From Raillietiella orientalis (taxonomy: Eukaryota), in contig JAYWIR010000003.1 of assembly GCA_036172245.1 (NCBI GenBank), positions 5,084,001-5,148,000 on the forward strand: 64,000 nucleotides of DNA, read 5' to 3'. Positions 1 to 11,000 of this stretch are shown piece by piece; positions within the stretch are counted from its first letter, which is position 1, and every line of letters starts with the position of its first letter. Below the pieces are notes generated by a model that saw only the letters and a program-made list of their open reading frames with translations, was not told the origin of the DNA and did not search any database. The position numbers were made by a program, and so were the translations under genes.

Positions 1-1802
1 GAAGCTGGCTGGCGGCTCCTCTCCACCCACCCCCAGGTGCGTCCCGTCGCGGGGTCCACGGAAGGCTCGCCATCTCGCCGTTGCTTCGCGGGAGGCAAGG
101 GAAGAGCGAGATCCCCTCCTTCCCCTCTGAGTGAGGTTCCACGAATCCCGGGTAGTGGAAGAACGAAGGAGCCGCCGTCGACATCGCGGCAGAGTCCGTC
201 CGCCATCTTGGAGCTGCCGACGTGACAGATTGACTCGGGAGATGCCGCCTTCTCGAGGAACTCGGAAGGAGAGGAGGGGGAGGAGGGTGGGGGCGGGGGG
301 TCAAGGCTTCCCTGTCGTGCAACGGGCTTCTCGGAAGGAGAGCAGCAGAGCGGAAAGCTGGGCGCGCCGGAGGGGCGCCGCTCTCGAGGGTGGGAGGGGT
401 GGGGGGGGGGGAGGGTAAGCGCGAGGGTTGAAAGTGGGAAACATGGAGGCGTCGAGTTCATCGGCTGGAACTCTGGCAAGGGAGCGGCCGCGTGGGCGTT
501 TCTGGTCAGCCAGCAGTTAGGTGCGCTGCCCAAAGCGAACACGCGCCTCCTCTCAGGCAGGGGCGAGCTCGGCGCGCGCGCGGGGGAGGTAGCCGGTCTC
601 TGGGGTCGGCGTAGGCGAAGGCGGATTGGCGGGGGAGGGGGGTCTCCGGCAGCTTCTCCCGAGCTCCTTCCGCGCTGCTGCCCTCGTCGCAGCGCGGAAG
701 GAGCCCCAGAGAGGGAGAGGGAAGGGCGGAGACGGTGGAGCGCCCCTCTCCGGGCTGGTCGAGAGGGTGCCTCCCATTCGTAAAGATTCGGTGGTGTTCC
801 AGGACGCTGCGTGGGCAATGCGTGTGGCGGTGGCCTCTCTACCCCAAGCGGCAGCTGATCTCTTTGGCGTCCTTCCTCTGCCGACCCGCTCCGACTTCAA
901 GACGGGCGGACAGCCGGCCCTCGCGCCAAGGACCGGCAGAAGGGTGGCAGAGCCACCCGCATGGCTCACTCTCAGGCGGCCTCTTCCGGAGAGGGGGCGG
1001 CCGCGAAGGGGTCGTTGCGGGAGGGAATTATTTATGACCGTCGCGAGCCGCCTTCCTGAGCTGCCTGGGGCTAATCGGCCCGCGCGTCCGAGCGATCTCT
1101 CCAGTGAAGGACGTCCTCCGGAGGCATGAATTATTCGTGACGGTTTGCTCTCGTTGTCTTGGCAGCGACTTCCAATATTCATGCAATCTTTGCCGCGGTT
1201 CCCTCCGCCGCGTCTTTCTTATTAATCACCGTTCCTTCCTAGGCGTCTTCCTTCCTTCCGTTCCCTTCCGTCCTCGTGTCCCGAGGCCGCTGGACGGTGG
1301 CGACGCTGCTCTTTCGGAACGGACGATGTTTACCTGCGGAGAGTCCCGAAACCCCCAGGAGGAGGCGGAGGAGGAGAGAGAGAGTAAAAAAAAAAGAGGG
1401 AGAGGTGGGGAGGGGAAAGAGGACGGCCCTCTCCAGGGAGGAAGGAAGGACGGACGCGTGTGTTGCCAAGCCCCTATTAAATGGACAAGCGGGAGAGGAG
1501 GAGCAGGCAACCCGTCAGGAAGAGGAAGACGAGGAGGGAGAACCATTCATTAATAGGGAAAGGAGTGCACGCAACCGTCCCGGGATAGCCTGACGAGTGG
1601 GTATGGCCCGCGAAAGCCGAGGGTTGCAGGGAAGAAAGCGGGAGAGCGGCGGCGGACGTCCGTAGTTGTTTATCAGGGATCGAGAGGGAAGGAAAGACGC
1701 CACCGGCGCCTCGGGAGAGGCAGGTTCAGCGGAACGCACGCGGCACTTTGCGAGGAAGAGTGATTAAGGGCGAGCGATCGCCGCCAACCTTCAGGATCCA
1801 AG

Positions 1803-2024
1803 ATGCTGAGCATGTACCACGGGCGCCAGAACCGGGCGCTGAAGATGTATTTCCCGGAAATCTGCAACCCCAAATACCTGGGTCACGACCGCTTCAACTA
1901 CCGGCAGCCGGGAGTGAACTACGACAAGTGGCCCCGCAAGATCCGACCTGCCAAGAAGCCCCCGAAGATGGTCATCGAGCTGGAGGCTCCCTCTGACATC
2001 CCGCTCGTGTTCGAAGAGCTGCAG
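1803..2024 (+). CDS. Slob: Probable Slob N-terminal exon (MLSMYHGRQNRALKMYFPEIC...PLVFEELQ)
   Basis: Acceptor ttcag|g at 1794/1795, ATG at 1803, donor CAG|gtagat at 2024/2025 (phase 0). Coding-like GC3 bias and natural amino-acid composition. Link to Slob is inferred from position, strand and phase. Confidence 0.7.
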
Positions 2025-5000
2025 GTAGATGGTGGTGGTGGTGGTGGTGGTGGCGGCTTTTGTGCGCATTCCACGCGTGTCCTCCTCGCTAGAGGCGTGT
2101 CGCTGTCGCTGCATGGCTCGTGCGCCCGCGGAGCGCCCTCCTTGTCGGACACCGCTGTGCACACACTCGCGCGCGAACGTGACGCCGACGAAACCGCAGC
2201 GGCGGCGGCATGCGTGCCCTTCCGTGCCTCAGAACGCATGTTACTGCAGGAACTCCAAAGGCGGCGCCGACTCGCGCAAGAGGAGTCCCTGACGAGCGAC
2301 CAGCTCCAGCTCCTGAGGAATTCCTTCCGGCAGGGGACCGGCGACAAGCGGCCGTTCTTCAAGAGGTCCTCCAGGTCCTCCACCGACAAGTCGCTGTCCT
2401 GCCTGAATCCTCTCGGGCCCCAGGATATCCTCTTGCCTGACGTCACGGACGCCATGGTGGACGGCATCACGAAGCTCTTCGGCACAGCCTGCACGTTCTT
2501 GGAAGAGCCGTTAGACGTGAAGCCGAACCGCCGCGCCAGCGACCACTACGGAGAGTCCGTCGACGACGAATGGTAGGCCGGCGGCAACGACGGCGTGTCG
2601 TTCGCTCGGGACGCTCCCGGAAGCGGCGCAGCGGGTCTCGTGCGGGCGTCGAAGACCCACTGCGACTGCAAGGAGTCGGTGACCGAGGGATCTGCTGCCC
2701 CCTGGCATCGGGCACTGAGCGATCGGCCGTCGGATCTAGCAGATCCGACCTTGCTTCGCCCCAGGTTGCATCAGGGGTCACACAGGGTCATCTTCCTTCC
2801 CTCTGGTTGCCCGCACCTCGTCCGCATCCGCTTTCTCGGGCCATCCGTTGCTTCCGGTTCGCCTCCGCATCCTTGAAACCTCCTCCACGTTCGAAGGCGC
2901 GACGGGTGCTCGCGTTCCCTCTCCCTACTGCGGCGATACCGCTGCCCGCTGGGCATCCGTTTGCCCGGCCAAAGGGGAGCGCCTCCGACTACGACCCGAG
3001 AACTCGGATCCGGATCCGGCAGCATCTGGACGGACGATGCGCCCGTCCCGAGCGGGAACTGAGTGAGCGATGCTGGCCGGCGCATCTCCTGTCCTGCCGC
3101 CGCAGGCTGCTCAGAGAGCGGAGGGAGCGTCCGTCTACCTCGGCTTCCTGCTTCCCGTCTAGGTTCAGCGGCACAGCAGCCTGCTTCCGCCCCTTCCCGA
3201 GACCCGGGACGGCTGCCTGCTGACTGCGCCCGCAGGGAGGCAGCTGGAGAGTGGGCCCTTCCTCTCCAGAGAGGGCGGGCGCGTCGTCTTCCAGCGGAAA
3301 CCAGGAAGCAACGGTGCTGCGCGAAGCTGGACGGGAAGCGGCGAGTGGCGTCCTCCCTCGGGGAGATTCTTCCGATTCCAGGGGGTCTGAAATGCGAAGA
3401 GGAATGCACGTCGCGCACCTGTCGTGGGCGGATCGCCACCCCTCACAGAGTTGGGACGCTGATGCCCCTCCATCTCCGCTGTAGGTGATGACCGACCTGC
3501 GCGGAGTGGCCCTCCTGAGACGACACCAGCCGGCTTCAGGAGACTCCTGGCGGGCGCCACCAGGGTGAACCGCCCGCCCTGCGGCCCGCAGCATCTCCGC
3601 GTTCGACGTCTGCAAGGCTGCTAGCGCTCACGATCCTACGCCGAATGTTCAGCGAGTGCGCGCTGCCGTGACTCTTGTCCGGAGGAAGACCGGAGGTGGG
3701 ACCGTCCGCCCGCATCAGAAGAGGGGAAGGGGGAGGAAATATTCGGATGGACAGTTCGAGTGGGAGGGACCATCCTGCAGCCTTGCCGGTTCACCTCTCG
3801 CGTCAGGGAGAGTCTGGTGGGCCTCGCAGCGTCATTGGGAGGAGCAGGGCATGAGCGCGGAGTCGCCGAGAGTCCGTCGAGGTTTTGCTGCGGTCCAGGG
3901 TCAGGAGAGTGCCGGGGTCATTCTTTTTTTCCTCCTACCCCCCTCTTCCCTGCCCCTTCTCTTGTCAACACGCCTTCCCGCTCCCTCTTGCAAGACCCTC
4001 TGGCACTCCTCGTTCAAGGCAGGTCGGGTCGGAGGAGCTCCGAGGAGCTCCTCTGCCAAGGTCGTTGGGGCGAAGACGTCGGATGGACCTCCCGGTTCCG
4101 AGGCGGTAGGTCCAGGCGCTGCGCCTTTGATCCTGGGAGATGCAGGGGGTCCTGCATTTGCCTGAGGCAGCAAAGGCACCTTCCCGACCTCAGGGGAGCG
4201 CGTCCCCCCCTGCTTCTTCTGGAAGTTCCCGAGGCGCTTCCGCTACCGAGGGCGCCTTGGCGGGGCCGACGGACGGATTCTCGAGGCAGGGTGCCCAGAG
4301 CCGACCCTTAAATCCCTGCCCCTCGGCTATCGGGAAACGTATGGTCGCATCGGGTCAAAGAAAGGACCTTTCCCCTCCTTTCCCGTCTCCCGCCTGGCCG
4401 GCGTTTCTTTTTAGGCTGCCGAAAGCGGGCGTCTCTGTTGCGGAAGGATGGGAGGTGTCACGAAAGAACGCTAGGATGGCGATGGGGACCGCCTGGGGCG
4501 ACGCTACAGAGCGCTGCGCGATATTCCCTCTTCTCCCCACTGCTCTCTCTAAGGTCCGTCCTCGACAAACCTCCCGAACCTCCTTCCTTTCGTTGGCTCC
4601 CCTGCATTCTGGCGGGCAGGTTCAGCGGTCACCCGCAGACCTCTCCCGGGAGCGGTCTCGGAGCTGCTCGAGGGGGAGGTCGATTGATTGTCCAGGCTCC
4701 TCACCTCCCAAGGGTTGGCGATGGTGAAGTGCGCGCGGTGCCCACCAGGGAAGTGTGGGAGGCATCCTCCGTCCCGCGTGTTTCACCTGCGCCTGCCAGT
4801 GGCCTCTCCGGGACGAAGGCTCTGAAGCTCCGCCTCCAACTCCGCTCCCAGTTCTCTTCTCCACATTCCTGAAGGACGCTTGGAGATTTCAAGACGGTCG
4901 TCTACCTGCCATATCTCAGAGGGATCCGGTCCGCGCGATTCCCGGAATCCTTTCTCCCTCGCTCCTCTATCCCTCGTTCCTGCAGCTTTCGGGAAGCCTC

Positions 5001-8000
5001 GGGATCATACTGGAATCAGGACGAGCTTTCGGACCATTCCCCGTGCGCGAGCGCTGCGTGAAGGGCGTTCCCGTGGCAACGCATGCATAATCCTTCTCCC
5101 TTCATCCGCCTCCCCCACCCGAGCCTCCCTCGCGCGCGGGAGTGGGGGGCGAAGCCCAGCAGGCTCTGCGTGATGGCTGTGGTGCTCCCGCAAAAGGGAG
5201 GAAAATCCCCTTCCTCGTCCTTTCCTCTTCCCCTTTCATTCCCAGATCGCATCCCTGGAAGAAATTCTTCCCCGGACCACAGGTAAGCTCCTCTGTCGCC
5301 CGGAGGGATGGCGAGGGAGCTGCAAGGGAGGCGGATCGGCCTCTTTCCTTCCATTCTTCGTCGACAAGCAACGGGGAGACCTTCCCGCTCTTCCACCGCT
5401 GCCTCCGCACTGTAGGCTGTGGGCGACGAACAGATCTGCCGGAAGTGGCCTCTGCTTACCGCCCAGGACCAGGCAGACGGGATCTCTCCCGAACGGAAGG
5501 ACTCTGCGCGTAGCCGTTCTCAGACCTCCCCTGGACGAAAGATCGCCGGAGGGGAGGGAAAGGAGGGAAGGAAAGAGTGGGTGCGGCAGCTCAGTCGTTT
5601 TTCCGACTGCAGCCTTTCGAGTCCATCCGGAGGTGATGCCGCAGAAAGGAGGAGAGGAGGGGGGGAGCGAACCCCTCATAGGGCTCACCCCATCTCTTCG
5701 TCCCCTTTATCTCCTTCTTGCAACCTCCGTAACCTTCCCCGAACCTTCCAGAATGCCCCCCTTCCCCCCTCCCCTGTCGCATCCGCATGTTTGGGATCAT
5801 CCCACCCTTCCATCCCTTCCCGTTCGACTCCTGGCATGGCGAAGACGCCCCCCAGGCTTCTGCCTCTGGAAGCACCTCCACATGTGTGACCCCTCACTCC
5901 TAAAAGACAAGGCGCACCCGATCTGGTAGCCGGCCGTCCCGACCCTCCTCAGACCGCCTTGGCAGCCCGGGAAGAGCGTAGAATCTTCCGGAGGGCCTCC
6001 GAGGAGATGAGCGCGAGCGAGGCTGTAGAGACTTACGTGGGTGGAGTGGAGGGCGGCGGCGCTGCATCCCGGGCGGAGCGGCGCCCTTACCGCAGTAACG
6101 CACAAGTGCTGTCCTCGACGGCTCTCAATCGAACTACCCTTCCTCTTCCTCCTTGGTTCCTCGTCCCGGCACTGCGACGAAAGGAGGGCAATGGGAGGTG
6201 CTCTTTACCCCTGCTGTTCTCGCGGATGGTCTCCTCCTCTCAGGGTTTGACGTCGCTGGGGGGGCGGGGACCAGCGGTGGCTGTTGATCAGGTGCCTCCA
6301 GGTGGACCTCTTCCCCTTCGCCCAGTCCTGGAGTGTCTGACAGCCCTTGCTCCCCTCCCTGGAGACATGCCGCCGTGGCGGAGCCAAAGGAAGGTAGCCA
6401 ATTTCTATGCCTTCCCCTTACCCTTCATCCTCCCCCGTGCAGACGCTCCCCCTCTGCCGGCCAGGCAGCAGGTGGCGTGGCGTCCTCGTAAGCTCAGTCT
6501 CCAAAGCATCGCGTGGGTCCGCGACATCCAACGGCGTTCAGTGAGTGCGTCGGGGGGGAGGGGGAAAGCGAGGAGGTGGTCCCAAGCGCTCGGAAGAGCA
6601 GCGCGAGAGCGGCGGACGGAAGGGGGGGAGGCGAACCCGTAGGCGCCGAGTTTCTGCTCCCTCTCTCCCGTCTGCACGGAACATCTCTGTCACGGCTCTC
6701 CCCGGAGCCGCCACCTCTTGCGTGGGGAGGGAGAATAGGGGAAGGTTCGCGCACCACCCGTCATCCAACCACCAGTCGCGACCCTCCCTGGGGAGAGGGT
6801 AGACTCCCTTCTGAGACGACCCTTTTCGCGGCCGCAGCAGAGGGAAGAAGACGGGGAAGGTCTGGTGGGGCCTTCACGTTTTTTTTTTTTCTTTTTTTTA
6901 CCTCCCCTTTCCCTCCCCTTCCTTCCTCGTTCCAGCGGCGGCGGACCGTGCGGAAAGGACCAGGACGCCTTGAGAGCCCCTGACTCGCAGAACCCGGAGA
7001 GACTACAGCTGAGCCGGAACAGTGGCAAACGCAGGCGCAACCTGGCCAGGGATAGCGCCGCCCTGACCTGCCAGTACTACCTGAGGTCGTCGGGGCGCTA
7101 CGTCCTCCTGGAGCATCTCAACGACATCGGTAAGAGGGGCGGGTGGTGAGGGGTCGGTCGGACAAGAGAGGAGGGCGAGGAGGAAGTTGCTTTGTCCCGC
7201 TCCCCTCTCCCTCGGCCCTCGACGGAGGCGGCTTCACGCAGCCCTCTTTTCCAGGGTCGCGAATCGACAAGCACTGGTTCCTGGTGCGCGACACCACCCT
7301 GAAGACTGAGCGTCTGCTCACCCTCGTGTCCCAGAGCGAGCGCATGCCCATCACCGTGGACTCGACCACCCCCTACACGCTGATGGACCTATTCCAGTGG
7401 CTGCAGCATCCTTACATCTACCCCGTGCTGGACCTCGACTTCCGCAACCTGGCCGAGAACTCCTTCGTCATCACCGTGCTGCCCTTCAACGACAAGGGTA
7501 GCCTCAAGGACCTCATCTACCGGGTGAGCCGCCGCAAGGAGAGGGTGGATGGGGATGCTGGCGAAGGTCACCCCTTTGTCAGTCTCTCGTCCCCTGTCTC
7601 CGTCTTCCCGGGCGAGACGACCGCCGCCGCCGTTTCGGCAGCGGACTGGACGCCTCTCCCATGAGAGAGAGGTCGTCGCTCTCCTGCGCGCCACTGCTGC
7701 CGCATCCGCCGTTCCCATTTCCCTTCAGCGCTCCGAGGGGACCCCTAGCTTTCTTTCCCTCAAGGTTCGCCGGAGAGAGAGAGATGAGGGAGCTGCCTTC
7801 CGTCGGGAAGTCCTCCCGAGGCAAAGTCAACACGCCCTCCCTTGCGTCCCGAGGTGAAGCGGCGCCCTCCTCTGCCTGGGAGGGTCTTCCTCGTGGATTC
7901 CTTGCCGATGCCTCGACAGGGGTCCTTCGCGAGGTTCTCCGGACGCTCGCGAAAGGCTGCAAGTCTGCTTCCGGGAACGCGGCTGCAAGTTGCTGCGGAG

Positions 8001-11000
8001 ACCGTCCACAAGGAGGTCCGAGAATCGTACCGCCCCCTCGCCTTTACCTCTCCGACGCAAGGACTGCTTGTTCCTGAAGCGCTCTGGAACCTTCCTGCTA
8101 TTCCTCTTCCAGACTCCTTGCGCATCCTCCCTGATGGGAGTGAAGTCGACCTTGAGATGGAGGATGCGCCTTGAGGTCCCGGTTGGTTGTTTCCTTGGAC
8201 GCGTGCCCAGGCACGAGCACACCAGGTTCCTGAACTGTGCCAGCACTCACCTCCTCCGGGGACCAACCTCTCGACTCACTGCGCGAAGCTTCCGGCCTCA
8301 CGGTTTCCTCCGCGGTTGCTGTTCGCCGCTGGAGCGCGCTTCTCCGGCAACTTTACGGATGACTCGCTAGATGGCAGGAGAGCACGCCGCCCCGTAACGA
8401 TCGGTGCTCCGCCGAGCTTGGCAAAATTCTCTCTTCGCTTTCGCGATCGCGCGAAGGAGACCGACGGTGGCGCCGTGCTGAGGTTCGGCGGCGCGAAATC
8501 AACGGGCGCATGGGGCGGGCGGGCGGGAAAATGCGGTCTCTTTGGGGGCCTCCCAGAAATTTATCCTGGAAGCAATCGGCTGATCTCGTTTGTTCCTCTT
8601 CTCGTTCGGCATGGGCGGACTCTGGGCAAAAGCGCGCGGGAGACCACTGCCGTTTCCTCCGAGTGAACGGAGGAGCTGGCGTTCCGTTTGGATGCGCGGT
8701 GTCTGTCGAAGAAGCTGCGCTGCCTCTTCCTTGCAGGTTCGGTAAGACTCCGGATTCGGAGCGGCTGCTGCTGCCGTTGTCTCTAGCCTCGTGGACCTCG
8801 CCTTGCCGGCACCCCGTCAGCACGTCTTCGCGCTCCAGTGCGCACGCTCATGGGCCTGCAAGACGCGCAGGAGAATCCCATCGTGGACAAGGAAGCGGGC
8901 CGCGCCGCAAGCACGTGACACGGGCGGCAACAGAGTGGGGGGCAAGCGGGATGGCGACATGAGGTCACACTACACCCATCCGACGGATTGACAGTCGTGT
9001 GACGATCTGAGTCTCCTCCGACGTCTCCTGCGTCCTCCAATCCTCGGGAGAGACTTCGTGGCGCCGTCACCACCATCCTTCGGGCTGGTGGCAGTGCAGG
9101 CAGAACCCGGAAAGGCGCTGCCTAGTCTTCCGTTTCGCTCTTGTAAGCTGGAAACAGCAGTCCTGGTGCGTTTCGATGGGAGTGGCATGGGAAGGCAGGG
9201 GGTGGCGAGCACAACGCAGGGCAAAAATGGCGGTAGCGAGAGCAGCTCCTGCACCCGGACGAGGAGGGTGCGTCCTCTTCGCGTGCTCGGGTCGTCTTGC
9301 ATCTTCGGGTGCCAAAGTTCTGGTGGAAAAGTCCCCAAGCCGATAGTTTGATACCACCCATTCCAGATGAGCTCCCCAAGCTGTTCTTGCAACGGCTTCC
9401 CATCCATTTGCTACGGGGGCTCCCTCAGAGGACGCGTCTTCTCAGAGCAGGGCAGAACTCCCCAGGGCTTCTTGGAAGGTGGCGTGGGCCGCTAGGCGAA
9501 GCCCGCGAGTGACACGCCAAGAGCTCCAGCTTGCCCTGGGGTGTCTCTAAGTGGAGGAGTCAACCTAGCGAGGGCGAGCACCGGGTGACAGCGACGCCAT
9601 TCCTCCCTCTCCCCCGGCCGTGGTTGCTCCCATCGCCGCGGAAGCGACCGCTTGGAGTCGTGTGTGCGACCACCGCCGCATCCCCAGGTGCTCGTGGCGC
9701 CTACGGAGTCCTTGTGCATCTCCGTCGTCCTGCAGAGATGCCACCGGACGCTGCGGGCGTCCCCTCCTCTCCCCCCCTTCCCCTGTTCGCGCAAACAAGA
9801 CGCGTGCTGCGTGCCGTGCGTGTGCGACCAGAATCCTCGCCATGGATCGTGGGTTGCAGGGCACCTGGGTCGCCGCACATCCCACACGTCGTCGCTCGCA
9901 GCAGCGACTCTGCTTATTGAAAGCACCGGCGCGTGCGACCATCTGGACGCGCGTGTTGCTCCCGACCGCCAGGGGCGTCACGCGACGGGCAGGTCTCCTC
10001 ATCCCTTTCCGGATGGCAGCTGTCGGACCGGAAGAACCTCTCTGCCAACCAGCCTCCCTGCTGCCCCCTGGGGAAGGAAGAGAAGCTGGGCTTTGTGGAC
10101 CGTCCTGGCTCGATCCTCGCTGCAGCAAAGGGAGAGGGGCATAGAGCGTGCATGCTGCAAAGGGGGAGTCTTCCAGGTCCTGGACGTGTGCGGCCCCGGA
10201 GCGACAGTGACTGTCGGGGAGCGATTCGCTAGCGCGTGCGGTTTCCCGGCAATGCCGGGATGGGCGGGATGGATTTGCAGCCTTTCGAGGGGCGGGCGCG
10301 ATCTCTGGCTCTCGGAGACTTAGAAAGGAGGCTCGAAGACGGGGCAACCGGGGGAAACGAGCTGTGGGGTTGCTTGGCAGCCGAACCCCTTCCTTTGGAA
10401 GGCCCTTCCGTCGGTGGAGGAGAGATCATGGAAGCTGCAAGATTCGCGCAGTGAGTGTGCCCGTCGCGCGTCTCCTCCACGCGCCGCCAGCAGTCGTCGA
10501 TGTCCCGGAGTCAAGGCGATGTCCGCAGAGCGGCGCTGGAGCGCTTTCTTGGAGGCGGTGGCGGAACTTCCAGGAGCGGACGCAGGGGGTGCTCGGGTCT
10601 ACGTGAGTCGGCGGGCGCTCGCATGGACGTCCTTCTTCGTCTTTTTTACCGTCTTCCAGGAAGGCGACAATTTGCTCCCGGGAACGCTAAATTCAGGAAG
10701 GGCATGCAGAGCGCGCTCACGCCAGCCCTGAAGCTTTCAAGGGCGTCAAGCGCCGGATGGACGCACCACCCCTGTTGCTAAGCAGCGGTCGATCCGGAGG
10801 AAGACTTCGGCGTTTCGGCGCCTCCACCCGCGCACATCCTGGGGTGCTCGGGTCCTGGATTCCATGGTTCTCGCGAAGTCTGCGCTGGGTCTTTTCTCTT
10901 TAGACGGCGCGCTCACTCGCCGCCCTCCTGCGAGATCGAAGATTGCCTCCCTCCTCTTTCCGACCGGATCGACTTCCGCGCACCTTCCTCCTCTCCTCTT

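Noticed and set aside
270..415. G-quadruplex-capable G runs
   Set aside because: Such G/GA tracts occur throughout the GC-rich part of the window, so this one is not distinctive.
1803..2576. Single-exon 257-aa gene as given in the ORF track
   Set aside because: The middle 225 nt has GT-AG ends, a microsatellite and non-coding composition, and the stop overlaps a splice donor. Better explained as two exons.
6244..6393. Additional 150-nt phase-0 Slob exon
   Set aside because: It is open and has GT-AG ends, but would leave a 49-nt intron, shorter than the confident ones, and the peptide is not Slob-like. Unsupported without RNA data.
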